A stretch of DNA of 64,000 nt from the sequence record MZ501058; one strand, written 5' to 3'. A model generated the notes under the pieces. That model made no database searches, was not told the DNA's origin, and saw nothing but the letters and a program-made list of their open reading frames with translations. This DNA comes from Escherichia phage DaisyDussoix. This document shows positions 1 through 9,930 of this stretch, in pieces (positions within the stretch are counted from its first letter, which is position 1; the number at the start of each line of letters is the position of its first letter). The translations under genes were made by a program, and so were the position numbers.

Positions 1-133
1 ATTTTTGGGTGCAAGACATCGACCTCGTACCGCAACGATATGAGGGTCAGACGTTAAACGTCTCATAAGAGGGAGCATTTCTACTAGGGTTTGAGGATCA
101 ACTTCATCAATTACATCAAACTTGAAGGGCATT
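1..133 (-). CDS. hypothetical protein, 5' part only (runs off window edge)
   Basis: Reverse-strand ATG near 133 opens a frame continuing past position 1 (MPFKFDVIDEV...); not in ORF track because truncated. Confidence 0.2.
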
Positions 134-886
134 GAAGCTGGTTTACCTTCAGGATGCTTTGAGGAAAATCTTTTAGCAAAAAGATAGTCTTCTGCTTTAA
201 CTTCTCGCCAATTGCCTGTGGCTAAATCGCGATGAAATCCTGCATGACCTTGTAGGATTGAGAACACAACAATACTCCTGTATTGGAAATGAAATAAGTT
301 TTCTTTAGGACTATTCAGAAAGAATAGAACAACTGTTACTGTCAATTTCTCAACAATTAATCGCAAATACTGAAGGGGGGGTGGCAACTTCCCCTTTCAC
401 GCTACACTGCCGCTTCACTATACCGCACAAATCCTTGAGGATGGCCGCTAAGCCAGATTTGCTCACCTAATGCTTCATGTACTAGCTCATACTAGATGCA
501 GTATACCTTACGTCATCACTTCTCAGAGTTTTTCACTCTTCCCGTCTCACTTCACAACCACCTCACACTAGGTTGCTTCGAGGCCTTACCAGGGTTCCTA
601 CGGGGTGTAGATCGCTAAGTATTCTATTAACTATTTGTTTAAAAACTAACACGTAACAGTTAAAACAACCCTTAATGGGGCAGCCTAACTGTTCCGTATC
701 GCGGATTGTAAACAAGAAAAATTAGCAAAATCAGTTTTTACTAATGTCTCTCAATTCAATATAAATATTATAGCAAGATTTTGAGCATCGTGCAAGTAAA
801 TTTTTAAAGAGAATGCTATCATTGGTCTTGAGTACGGATAAAACCGAGCCAAAATGACTCGGTAATCAGGATTGAGCTAATGAAAA

Positions 887-1282
887 TCAATCATCATTTA
901 GGCCTGGGACATAGATTCCAATGCGATTTAATTGACCTTTAGCTTCTTCGAGAATATCTTCGGTGTACTCCCAAATATCATCTTCTACTTGCAAAAGATA
1001 AGGGGATTCACCAGTTTCGGGGTCACGTGTAATGGCTAAGCCACATGGATGGAATATAGAGAAGTTGAGGGCAACAATCAAGCCCATGCTGGACAATTCA
1101 TTCCAGTCAGCTTCCCAACCATCATCTTCATTTTCGTCCACAAAGACACCTACACTAGGGTCTGTTACAGAAGTAAACGGAAATGTTACACTAACCTTGT
1201 CAACCCCCAACCAACGTGCAAGGAGCCCCTCAGCACGCTCTACCAAACTAGGATCTATCTGACGCCAAAATACTTGTTCCAT
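887..1282 (-). CDS. hypothetical protein, tandem paralog B
   Basis: 131 aa ORF; shares W..D..W.EL..MGL..ALN...F.P......TGE.P....V...W.Y..E.....L.R.G...PGL pattern with the adjacent 142 aa ORF. Confidence 0.6.
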   Translation of the reverse strand: MEQVFWRQIDPSLVERAEGLLARWLGVDKVSVTFPFTSVTDPSVGVFVDENEDDGWEADWNELSSMGLIVALNFSIFHPCGLAITRDPETGESPYLLQVEDDIWEYTEDILEEAKGQLNRIGIYVPGLNDD

Positions 1283-1291
1283 TCTGCCTCC

Positions 1292-1720
1292 TTAAGCAGT
1301 TAAACCTGGGATCATATACCCGAAACGACGAAGTTTCTGAATCCCCTCATTTACTTCCTCGGGCGAATATGACCAGCCCTCACGTTCATTTACCTGGAAA
1401 GCAGGAGCTTCACCAGTGCGATAATTTACAATAAGACGGTGATTTGCAGGCATAAACAGCTTATGATTCAAGGCAAAAACCAGACCCATTTCATCGAGTT
1501 CTTTCCAGTCTACAATCTCTTCTACTCCCTCCCCTAAATCCACGCTAACTCCAATACACGGAGCTTCCTCTAGCGGGCCTTTAAAGGATAAGAAGATATC
1601 GTTATTCTCACACCAAATCTTGAGCAGATTGATGGTTTCATTATACATACCATTAGGGAGAGAGCGCCAGAAGTTGAGAAGCATAGGATTTACCTCTTTC
1701 ATGAAAATATTATTGAACAT
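1292..1720 (-). CDS. hypothetical protein, tandem paralog A
   Basis: 142 aa ORF, paralog of 887..1282; 9 nt gap to the next gene suggests an operon. Confidence 0.6.
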   Translation of the reverse strand: MFNNIFMKEVNPMLLNFWRSLPNGMYNETINLLKIWCENNDIFLSFKGPLEEAPCIGVSVDLGEGVEEIVDWKELDEMGLVFALNHKLFMPANHRLIVNYRTGEAPAFQVNEREGWSYSPEEVNEGIQKLRRFGYMIPGLTA

Positions 1721-1722
1721 GC

Positions 1723-2262
1723 TTATACCTTAAGTTTCTGAAGAGCCTTACACATTTCAAGATCTGGACTAAACTCCAGCATATAGCTGATAGCGTTTAA
1801 ATCTTGAAGGTTTATTCCAGTCCTGCCGTTTACAATAACAGTAGGAAATTGATACATCATAGCACCAGCATCATCTAGGACACACCAATGCTTGAGCTTA
1901 TATTTTTCGACAAAACGTAAAACAGAATTACCCCGAGATAAACCACCTCCAGTAAAATCTGTTGTACCAAGAAAACGATCGATCAAACCGAGTCCGGTCA
2001 TAATCTGAACGTTCTCCATTTCATTTCGTACAGAAAACCATGAAGATACCCCAACAATCATTATTGGGGATGGCTTAAGAAAGTTCTGAAAAGCCTGGAG
2101 TAATGGCTTGTAAACCCAATCACCACCAAAGAATAGCTTCTCACTATCTGGAGCATGATGGTGAGAGATGCTCGAATTGAGCACCCCATCAATATCCAGG
2201 AAAATCACAGGAGTATTACTTATTTCCACCAGTAGCATCCCACGTCCAGACTTTAACTTCAT
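1723..2262 (-). CDS. HAD-superfamily phosphatase/nucleotidase-like protein
   Basis: 179 aa; N-terminal FLDIDGVLN matches HAD motif I (DxDGx). Confidence 0.7.
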   Translation of the reverse strand: MKLKSGRGMLLVEISNTPVIFLDIDGVLNSSISHHHAPDSEKLFFGGDWVYKPLLQAFQNFLKPSPIMIVGVSSWFSVRNEMENVQIMTGLGLIDRFLGTTDFTGGGLSRGNSVLRFVEKYKLKHWCVLDDAGAMMYQFPTVIVNGRTGINLQDLNAISYMLEFSPDLEMCKALQKLKV

Positions 2263-2401
2263 CAGTAAAAGGAACTGGAACCTTCAATTCACCTTTACCC
2301 CACATAACAGATAGGAACAGAGAATAAATGGTAATCATACCGATTAGGTTGACAAACCATACTAGACCTTTCCAGATACCCTTAAAAATCTTCTTCACCA
2401 T
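2216..2401 (-). CDS. small membrane protein
   Basis: Internal start MVKKIFKGIWKGLVWFVNLIGMITIYSLF preceded by AGGAGGG RBS; one hydrophobic helix. Confidence 0.45.
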   Translation of the reverse strand: MVKKIFKGIWKGLVWFVNLIGMITIYSLFLSVMWGKGELKVPVPFTDEVKVWTWDATGGNK

Positions 2402-2561
2402 ATTCTCCCTCCTTAATAAGGAACTCTTTCCACTCTGCTGTATCCTCATAGATAACGCAGAAATCATCACTCTTCCATGAGAAGTCATCAGTAGCAAATT
2501 CGAAACGGTAGCACCAACTACCGTCTGGCCATACTAAAAGATCACACATGCTTTTCTGGGA
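2382..2561 (-). CDS. hypothetical small protein
   Basis: Start MSQKSMCDLL preceded by GGAGGG RBS; overlaps the Sir2-like gene end. Confidence 0.4.
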   Translation of the reverse strand, partial: SQKSMCDLLVWPDGSWCYRFEFATDDFSWKSDDFCVIYEDTAEWKEFLIKEGEYGEEDF

Positions 2562-3393
2562 CATAAATATTTCCCTCCATAAAAGCTTCAACTTGATCAA
2601 TAAAGTGTTTATTACCAAAAACTTCGGCAGCTCCAGCACGCCATACAGTAACACCACGTTTCTCATACTCAAGCTGTTCGTCATAACGAACTTGTGGGTT
2701 AACAACCATCATCTTAGTTCCACGACATACAGCAGGAAATAGCTCCCAGTTGAAGTCGATTACTTGGTTGCTACAACCTACTACAATAACCATATCATTG
2801 CTAGTAAGTGTATCAAACAGGTTAATCTGACCCATATACCACGGAGCCGTCTCACCAAAGAATGTTACGTTTGGTTTTACCCATTCGTAATCCTCAGGGG
2901 CAATAGCAGTATACCCAACATCTTCGATGATTTGGTTGCGACCCTGACGATAGATCACCTCTTTCAAGTACCCGTGAGCGTGAATGATTTCATCACGAGG
3001 GATACCAGCACGTTCCAGAAGGTCATCAACGTTAGTAGTGAAGTTCTTCACGCTATCCGCACCATAACGCTGGAACCATTCTGCAATTCGCAGATGGGCA
3101 ATGTTAGGCTCAACAGTCTGTAATTCCTGACGACGCATGTTGTAGAACTCATGAGTCTTGAGATACAGATCGTTACCATCTTTATCAATGCCAGGGAAAC
3201 GAGCACTGAAGTAGTTAGGATCATCTTCACCACAGAAGCGACGGAAGCCAGCTTCAAAGTTAGGCAAGCTACATACTTCCTCTAGATCGTACTCATCCCA
3301 CAAGGATTTCCCACTAGCAGTATCAGTACGGAAAGCACGAACACCACTATCTACACTCAAACCTGCACCACTAACAACGATTAGTCTACGCAT
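2542..3393 (-). CDS. Sir2-family NAD-dependent deacetylase/ADP-ribosyltransferase-like protein
   Basis: 283 aa; GAGLSVDSGVRAFR (Sir2 GAGIS..GIP.FR), TTNVDDLLERAG...HAHG (TQNID..HG), PNVTFFGE, GCSNQV motifs. Confidence 0.8.
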   Translation of the reverse strand: MRRLIVVSGAGLSVDSGVRAFRTDTASGKSLWDEYDLEEVCSLPNFEAGFRRFCGEDDPNYFSARFPGIDKDGNDLYLKTHEFYNMRRQELQTVEPNIAHLRIAEWFQRYGADSVKNFTTNVDDLLERAGIPRDEIIHAHGYLKEVIYRQGRNQIIEDVGYTAIAPEDYEWVKPNVTFFGETAPWYMGQINLFDTLTSNDMVIVVGCSNQVIDFNWELFPAVCRGTKMMVVNPQVRYDEQLEYEKRGVTVWRAGAAEVFGNKHFIDQVEAFMEGNIYVPEKHV

Positions 3394-3587
3394 TATACGA
3401 TTCCTTGCTTGAATCCTTCGATGATATTTTGGAGCAGAATTGCTTCTTCTGGGCGAACCTTCTCTTGCTTAATAAGCATATCCAAACCAGCAATACAGGT
3501 AGCTACTCCAGCATTATACCCAGCATTCCACTGCTCCATAAGCATATTTTCTAAATTACTTTTTAGATTCTGATTCAAGAAGTCCAT
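3393..3587 (-). CDS. hypothetical small protein
   Basis: ORF track 3393..3671 trimmed to internal Met (MDFLNQNL...). Confidence 0.35.
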   Translation of the reverse strand: MDFLNQNLKSNLENMLMEQWNAGYNAGVATCIAGLDMLIKQEKVRPEEAILLQNIIEGFKQGIV

Positions 3588-3759
3588 AAAGTTTTTCCTC
3601 CAATTCCATAATACGATTTTCGTAAGAAGCACGCAGCTTCTCGATGGACAAAGCACGAACTGTAACTTCATCTGAATTGATCGCTAGCTGAGCTAGATCT
3701 TCTGTTTCCATACGTCCGTTGTAAATTAAGCGATATTTAAGATGTTTTACGTTTTTCAT
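3556..3759 (-). CDS. hypothetical small protein
   Basis: 67 aa ORF in operon context. Confidence 0.4.
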   Translation of the reverse strand: MKNVKHLKYRLIYNGRMETEDLAQLAINSDEVTVRALSIEKLRASYENRIMELEEKLYGLLESESKK

Positions 3760-3768
3760 TCTTGTTCC

Positions 3769-4050
3769 TTAGTTCTGTACTGTAAATTCATTCTTATCAC
3801 AGTGAGCATAATAATACCCATACATACGATAAATTTTCACAGCCTTAGTAGACCCCTTCGATTCTTCATAATCAATCCAGAGCCACTTGTCTTTACCTAC
3901 ATAATGTACCCGAAACTTCTTAACTTTCTTATCATTCCATGTTGCAACAACACGACGATAATCAAATCCGCCCAACCAATCTAGAGCCTTACGTTCTTCA
4001 CTAGGCTCTCCAAGATGGGAAACATCTACTTTCGGAAGCAATTCGCTCAT
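3769..4050 (-). CDS. hypothetical protein
   Basis: 93 aa ORF directly downstream of nrdD; no radical-SAM CxxxCxxC motif, so not NrdG. Confidence 0.5.
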   Translation of the reverse strand: MSELLPKVDVSHLGEPSEERKALDWLGGFDYRRVVATWNDKKVKKFRVHYVGKDKWLWIDYEESKGSTKAVKIYRMYGYYYAHCDKNEFTVQN

Positions 4051-4148
4051 AGCTTTCTCCTCTCAAATTTATAAATCAATTATACATAAGTTTTAGCTCG
4101 AAAGCAAATAAAATAAAAGCCAGGTCGACTAGCAACCTGGCTGATTCA

Positions 4149-6023
4149 TTATTTAGCGCGAATGTCTTGATGTTTCACTCGACCCATAACCTCATGTTGT
4201 TTACCTGGGTTAAACGGACGAGCACCTGGATTTCCAAGATATCCACAAACTCGACGAGTTACCTCAAGAGTCTCAGGATCATGATTGCCACAAATTGGGC
4301 ATTTGAAACCATCCTCAGAAGCTATAGTTTCACCCAAGAACCCACATTCCCCACAAGAGTCTACTGGAGTATTAATACCGAAGTAATGAACTTTACTTGC
4401 AGCATAGTTAATAACCCATTCCAGTGCATCAGGGAATCGTTTCATATCCGGTAATTCCACATAGGAAATGCACCCACCAGAAGCAATAGGAGTAAAGTTA
4501 GACTCATAATCAAACTTCACATTTGGAGCAACCTTACGTTCTACATCAAGGTGATGGGAATTAGTGTAATATCCTTTAGCCAGAATATCTTCATGCTCTG
4601 GGAAATACTCACGGTCTAGGCGACAGAAGCGATCACATAGAGATTCAGATGGTGTAGCATACAGACTATACCCTAATTGAGTCTCTTCCTTCTTCTGATC
4701 AGCACGATCACGCATGTATTGTAGCACACGTTGAACGAACTTGATACAAGACTCAGACATTGTATCTACATCTTTACCAAACATGAGCTGCAACATTTCG
4801 TGGCAACCAATATATCCTAGAGATACAGAAGCACGCTTGTAGAAATGATCAAATACATATTCATCTGGCCCCAGACGTAATCCAAAGGCTCCTGACATAT
4901 AGAGGATGGGCGCAGCTTTAGCTTGAATGTATTTTAAGCGATCAACCCTCCACTCCAATGCTTTTAACGCGGTATCCACACGCAGCTCAAGCAGATCGAA
5001 GAATAGATCAATATTTCCTTCCGCTTCGATAGCGATTCGAGGAAGGTTTACGGAAACAACGCCTAAGTTGTTACGACCAGAAGTTTCACCATCTTCCGCA
5101 GCAGCCAGGAACGAACGACAGCCCATAGAGACTTTGTAGTCCCCCGTAACTTCTACAACCTTATCATAACTGATGTAGTCAGGATACATACGTTCAGCAG
5201 TACATTTCATAGCTAACTTCTTGATATCATAGTTAACATCACCAGGTTTCATGTTTACGCCCTCACGCAAAACAAATACCAGTTTAGGGAAGATAGCTGT
5301 ACGTTTATTGATACCCAAACCATCCATACGTACTTCTAGTATTGCTTTCTGTACAAGACGTGCTTCCCAAGAAGTTCCTAGACCAAAACCAAAGGTAATA
5401 AACGGACTTTGACCATTAGAGTTGAACATCGTATTGATTTCATACTCCAGGCCCTGACAGGCATCGTAAACTTCTTTCTCAGTCATTTCCGTAGCCATTA
5501 CAGATGCTTTAGCTTCATCCTTAGTCCAACGCTTTGCAAACGCATGATTCTTATCATAAGACTTACGAACATAAGGAGCCAATACTTCATCTAATCGGTC
5601 TACAGAAGTACCCCCATATTGATGTGAACTAACCTGAGTGATAATCTGAGCTGTGATAGCAGCCGCAGTAGTAATAGAGTTTGGTGTACTGATTTCAGCA
5701 TTACCAACCTTCATACCATTCTTCAACATATCTTCCAAAGCAACCAGGCAACAGTTAGTCATACCTAACGCAGCGTAATCAGCATCATGGAAGTGAATAT
5801 CACCAATCATGTGAGCATTTCGAATCTGGATGGGCATTTCTTCCAGAATCAGATATTTACTCAATTCCCCTGCAAGCATATCCCTTTGTGTAGGGAAACG
5901 TTCTGAGGGCTTATTGGCATTATTAAACAGCAGCTCTTCATCTGCTGAACCTTCGATAATTTCTTTGCAGTTTCGAATCAAGGACTGCATTCCTTTATAC
6001 TTTAGTTCTTCATTGCGATTCAT
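4149..6023 (-). CDS. nrdD: anaerobic ribonucleoside-triphosphate reductase (class III RNR)
   Basis: 624 aa; C-terminal Zn-ribbon CGECG...CPICG and glycyl-radical motif RVCGYLG. Confidence 0.95.
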   Translation of the reverse strand: MNRNEELKYKGMQSLIRNCKEIIEGSADEELLFNNANKPSERFPTQRDMLAGELSKYLILEEMPIQIRNAHMIGDIHFHDADYAALGMTNCCLVALEDMLKNGMKVGNAEISTPNSITTAAAITAQIITQVSSHQYGGTSVDRLDEVLAPYVRKSYDKNHAFAKRWTKDEAKASVMATEMTEKEVYDACQGLEYEINTMFNSNGQSPFITFGFGLGTSWEARLVQKAILEVRMDGLGINKRTAIFPKLVFVLREGVNMKPGDVNYDIKKLAMKCTAERMYPDYISYDKVVEVTGDYKVSMGCRSFLAAAEDGETSGRNNLGVVSVNLPRIAIEAEGNIDLFFDLLELRVDTALKALEWRVDRLKYIQAKAAPILYMSGAFGLRLGPDEYVFDHFYKRASVSLGYIGCHEMLQLMFGKDVDTMSESCIKFVQRVLQYMRDRADQKKEETQLGYSLYATPSESLCDRFCRLDREYFPEHEDILAKGYYTNSHHLDVERKVAPNVKFDYESNFTPIASGGCISYVELPDMKRFPDALEWVINYAASKVHYFGINTPVDSCGECGFLGETIASEDGFKCPICGNHDPETLEVTRRVCGYLGNPGARPFNPGKQHEVMGRVKHQDIRAK

Positions 6024-6132
6024 TATACCCTCCTTCTCTAACTAAGACTACTATTATAACTCATTCGAAGGCGGATGTCAACAATATTTTACTATAACAT
6101 TCTGTAAATTGATCTGAGTCAAAAAATTTTAT

Positions 6133-6161
6133 TTGCCAACCTCTATTAAAAATAGTATAAT
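6133..6161 (+). promoter_or_regulatory. sigma70-type promoter (upstream of phoH)
   Basis: TTGCCA -35 and TATAAT -10 with AG upstream. Confidence 0.5.
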
Positions 6162-6273
6162 CACGCGCCCGTGTACGCGATATAAAATGATTATCTAGTA
6201 CCATACATCTCCCAATAAAAGCAAGCAAATTTTTTATTTAAATGCAATATCATAGGCTTATTTAAAATTGTAG

Positions 6274-6302
6274 TTGCTTTCTCCCGTATATATTGGTATA
6301 AT
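6274..6302 (+). promoter_or_regulatory. T5-type early promoter (phoH)
   Basis: TTGCTT -35, GGTATAAT extended -10. Confidence 0.6.
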
Positions 6303-6366
6303 ATATTTGTAAGTTGATAAACAAGATCTTTTTGTTGATCCTCTGTTAGCGAAGTACACTATAGGA

Positions 6367-7128
6367 GTGTTATTTATGGGAAAAGCACGTCAAAAAAGAG
6401 AGAACCGCAATGGTTCAAGAAAGCGTGGCAACAAGTACGAGAGTAACGTAATTCAAGCAGATTTCTCTGGTGATTACGCCAATCCAGTTGCTAAATCCCT
6501 AGTTGGTAAAAACCGTGAGCAAAAATCATATATCAATATGATCAAGAACAACACAGTGACTGTGGGTATCGGTGAACCAGGTACTGGTAAAACCTTTATC
6601 CCGTCTGTTCTTGCAGCTCAGGAACTCGTAGACATTCACTCAGATATTGAGCAAGTGATCCTCGTACGTCCTAATGAACCTCTAGGTAAGTCTCTTGGTA
6701 TGCTTCCTGGTGATCTAGCGGAAAAGCTAGAGCCTTGGTTAGAGCCAATAGCTGATGGTATGAAATGGGCCATCGGCGACCATGCCTATAAGGGATATGT
6801 CGAACGTCAGAAAATTAAATTTTTGGCTGTAGAACATGCTCGTGGCAGAACTTTCAACAACTCCTATGTAATTGTCGATGAAGCTCAGAATATTTCCGTT
6901 GAGGCAATGATTTGTCTCCTAACTCGTGTAGGGCAAGACTGCCGTTTAATTATCTGCGGAGATATAGCTCAGAAAGACATTAAAGGTGACTCAGGTCTAG
7001 CACTCCTTATGGAAGTCTATGAGAAATATGAAAATGCCCCATTCTCAATGATCGAATTGATTGATAACGTTCGTTCTATTGAGTCTAAAGCATTCTATGA
7101 TATTTTTAAAGACATGGGGAAGGTGTAA
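6367..7128 (+). CDS. phoH: PhoH-like ATPase
   Basis: 253 aa; Walker A GEPGTGKTF and VDEAQN Walker B-like motif. Confidence 0.9.
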   Translation: MLFMGKARQKRENRNGSRKRGNKYESNVIQADFSGDYANPVAKSLVGKNREQKSYINMIKNNTVTVGIGEPGTGKTFIPSVLAAQELVDIHSDIEQVILVRPNEPLGKSLGMLPGDLAEKLEPWLEPIADGMKWAIGDHAYKGYVERQKIKFLAVEHARGRTFNNSYVIVDEAQNISVEAMICLLTRVGQDCRLIICGDIAQKDIKGDSGLALLMEVYEKYENAPFSMIELIDNVRSIESKAFYDIFKDMGKV

Positions 7129-7129
7129 T

Positions 7130-7351
7130 ATGGGAAACGTCGTTCATCTGAGCCGTAAAACTAAAATACATCGTACTTCACTGAGTGCTGCTAATATGAT
7201 TACACGTAAGGAAGGGGAAGAAAGTCCTAAGACAACCCTAGCGTGGAAAATTGTAACCTCAAATCCAAATAAACCATTCAATTATAACGAGCTGAGCACT
7301 TCCATAGATATTCTATTAAAAGAAGTAGCTAGAGCTAAAGTAATTGAATAA
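7130..7351 (+). CDS. hypothetical small protein
   Basis: Internal ATG of ORF 7061..7351 immediately after the phoH stop. Confidence 0.3.
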   Translation: MGNVVHLSRKTKIHRTSLSAANMITRKEGEESPKTTLAWKIVTSNPNKPFNYNELSTSIDILLKEVARAKVIE

Positions 7352-7426
7352 GCTAAAAAGCTAGACTGGTAATATACGAGGCCTGGGTATGAAAATACTC
7401 GGGCCTTTTCTATCAGAAAATTTTAT

Positions 7427-7454
7427 TTGCCTAATGACCGATAATAAAGTAGAA
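7427..7454 (+). promoter_or_regulatory. putative promoter upstream of nrdA
   Basis: TTGCCT -35 with TAGAAT -10 at about 17 bp. Confidence 0.35.
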
Positions 7455-7493
7455 TATTCCTTAAATCCTGATAACTATAAAAAGGAAAGCCAA

Positions 7494-9824
7494 ATGAGCC
7501 ATCGCATTGAAAAAGTAATTAAACGTGACGGTACTGTAGAAGACTTTGCTCCTGAAAAACTCAATGGTTGGGCAGAGTATGGTTGCAAAACAGTTGATGT
7601 AAGCTGGTCAGCCATTACTATGGCTGCTCAAAAAACTCTACCTAAAGGGGTTGTAGATTCCGACACTCTGATGGATGCATTAATTAAGGCTGCTGAAAGT
7701 CTTATCAAAGATAATCCAGCATACGATGTGCCAGCAAAGGAATTACGTCTTGCGCAAATGCGTAAACGCCTTTATGATTCTTTCGAACCACCTTCTCTAC
7801 GCTTCTTCCATGATCACATGGTTAGCGTAGGTGCATGGGAAGACATGAGTGCATGGATTACCGATGAGCAATTTGAAGCTCTGAATCAGGTTATCGACCA
7901 TGATCGTGACCGTCTTTTTACTAGTGGTGGGCTGAAGCAGTTCTTTGATAAGTATTCCCGTCGTAATATAGCCACTGGTGAAATTTACGAAACTCCGCAA
8001 TTCGCCTACATGGGTATGGCAATGGCGATGTTATCTCAACCTAACTGGACAATTCTAGATGCAATCGACCTCTACAACGCAATGTCGCTCCACAAAATCA
8101 ACGTTCCTACGCCGCCACTGGTTGGCCTGCGCTCTAGTGACCGTGGATTTGCTAGTTGCTGCCTCGTGGATTCCACTGACACGTTGGATTCAATCGACAC
8201 CGCCGAGCACATCGTCTTCAAAATGGTCGCAGCCAGAGCGGGAATCGGGTATCATCTTGAAAGCCGATCAATTGCTGATCCGGTGCGAAATGGGGCATTC
8301 CCGCATTCCGGAAAACTGCCATATTATCGACACATTGACCGCTCAGTAAAGGCCAATACTCAGCAAACTCGTGGTGGTTCTGCTACAGTGTCTTATCCAT
8401 ATTTCGATCCTGAAATCATTCAATTGATGCAGGTTAAGCAACAACGTGCTACAGATGAGAATAAAATCGATAAGATGGATTATTCTCTGAGCTTCAACAA
8501 TCTTTTGTTAAAACGTTATCTGAAAAACGAAGATATTACGCTAATGTCATACTTCTATGCTCCAGAAGTTCATGAGGCGTTTTATAGTGATGACGAGGCT
8601 AAATTTGAAGAAATCTATGTGGCAGCGGAGAAACGTGTGGCATCTCTTACAAAGATCGACCACGAAGGAAAGACAGTTCCAGCAGCTCCTAAGGTCTCTG
8701 CAAAAGAAATCCTAGATACTTGGCTACGTATCCGAATGGAAACAGGACGTATGTATGCTCATCACATCGGGGAATCTAATCGTCACGGTAACTTCCTTGA
8801 TCCGATCCGTATGACAAACCTTTGTGTTGAAATTACTCAGCCTACACGCCCGTTCCATCATATTACAGAGCTGTATAAGACAAAAGAGCAGCTTGATCAA
8901 ATGAAGCCGGAGGATATTGGTGAAGTATCCCTGTGTAACTTAGGTGGTGTTGTACTTGGACGCATGGAATCTCTGGCTGAGTGGGAAAAAACTTGCTACA
9001 TCCTTCTGAAATTCGTTGATACAATTATTGAAATTCAGGATTATCCGTTCCCAACTATGGAATATACGGCTAAGAAACGTCGTAACGTTGGTATTGGCCT
9101 GATGAATGCAGCAGGTGCAATGGCAGCAGAAGGTCTGGCTTACGAAGGTATTGAAGCCCGTAACTGGATTCACCGTGAGGCTGAAAAACTGTCTTACTTC
9201 CTGCATAAAGCCTCTGTACGCCTGGCTAAAGAACAGGGCGCATGTGAGTGGTTTGATCGTACTAAACCATCTAAAGGAATTCTAGTAATCGATACGTACA
9301 AGAAAACTGTTGATGAACTGGTATCCGTAGGTCTAGAAATGGATTGGGAGTCTCTGCGTGCAGATATTCTGAAATACGGCATGCGTAACTCTGTTCTGAC
9401 TGCTCAGATGCCAGGAGAAAGTTCTTCTGTTCTGTTAGGTGTTACTAACTCTATTGAACCGCCTCGTAAGATTGTATCTATCAAGGGTAGTGCAGTAAAT
9501 AAAGTAATTGCAATTGCTCCAGGTGCAACCGATTGGGAAACGTTAATGAGCTATAAATTGGCTTATGATGTAGATCGTATCGAGTGGATCAAATGGGTAG
9601 CAACTATGCAGAAATTCTTCAGTCAGTCTATCAGTACGAATATGTACTATGACTACACCAAGTTTGAGAATGAGATCATTCCTGGTCCAGTAGTAGTTCG
9701 TGATTTCATGACTGCTGTTAAGTATGGGTGGAAAACTTGGTATTACGCTAACTTCAATACTGCAAATGGTGGAGGTGCTGGAGAAGAAGCAGCCGGTTGT
9801 GCATCAGGCGGTTGTACTATTTAA
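7494..9824 (+). CDS. nrdA: ribonucleoside-diphosphate reductase alpha subunit (class Ia)
   Basis: Start MSHRIEKVIKRDG (ATP-cone) preceded by AAAGGAAAG RBS; ORF track extends upstream to 7389. Confidence 0.95.
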   Translation: MSHRIEKVIKRDGTVEDFAPEKLNGWAEYGCKTVDVSWSAITMAAQKTLPKGVVDSDTLMDALIKAAESLIKDNPAYDVPAKELRLAQMRKRLYDSFEPPSLRFFHDHMVSVGAWEDMSAWITDEQFEALNQVIDHDRDRLFTSGGLKQFFDKYSRRNIATGEIYETPQFAYMGMAMAMLSQPNWTILDAIDLYNAMSLHKINVPTPPLVGLRSSDRGFASCCLVDSTDTLDSIDTAEHIVFKMVAARAGIGYHLESRSIADPVRNGAFPHSGKLPYYRHIDRSVKANTQQTRGGSATVSYPYFDPEIIQLMQVKQQRATDENKIDKMDYSLSFNNLLLKRYLKNEDITLMSYFYAPEVHEAFYSDDEAKFEEIYVAAEKRVASLTKIDHEGKTVPAAPKVSAKEILDTWLRIRMETGRMYAHHIGESNRHGNFLDPIRMTNLCVEITQPTRPFHHITELYKTKEQLDQMKPEDIGEVSLCNLGGVVLGRMESLAEWEKTCYILLKFVDTIIEIQDYPFPTMEYTAKKRRNVGIGLMNAAGAMAAEGLAYEGIEARNWIHREAEKLSYFLHKASVRLAKEQGACEWFDRTKPSKGILVIDTYKKTVDELVSVGLEMDWESLRADILKYGMRNSVLTAQMPGESSSVLLGVTNSIEPPRKIVSIKGSAVNKVIAIAPGATDWETLMSYKLAYDVDRIEWIKWVATMQKFFSQSISTNMYYDYTKFENEIIPGPVVVRDFMTAVKYGWKTWYYANFNTANGGGAGEEAAGCASGGCTI

Positions 9825-9832
9825 TAAAAACA

Positions 9833-9857
9833 AGGAGATCTTCGGGTCTCCTTTTTC
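9833..9857 (+). terminator. rho-independent terminator after nrdA
   Basis: GGAGATC-TTCG-GGTCTCC hairpin followed by TTTTTCTTT. Confidence 0.6.
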
Positions 9858-9870
9858 TTTGAAATTTTAC

Positions 9871-9900
9871 TTGCTAATCGCTACCAGATTTGCTATAATA
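9871..9900 (+). promoter_or_regulatory. T5-type early promoter (nrdB)
   Basis: TTGCTA -35, GCTATAAT -10. Confidence 0.55.
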
Positions 9901-9930
9901 TTCCTGAAATAGTGAGAAAGAGGAAAATCA

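Noticed and set aside
1032-1303. Plus-strand ORFs 1032..1262 and 1049..1303 overlapping minus-strand paralog B
   Set aside because: The minus-strand frame has a paralog next door and operon context; the plus frames are embedded antisense with no RBS.
3769-4050. NrdG (anaerobic RNR activase) next to nrdD
   Set aside because: The 93 aa protein lacks the CxxxCxxC radical-SAM motif; not called as NrdG.
7389-7493. N-terminal extension of NrdA from the first in-frame Met at 7389
   Set aside because: The ATP-cone sequence begins at MSHRIEKVIKRDG (7494) with a good RBS; the upstream extension is hydrophobic junk without RBS.
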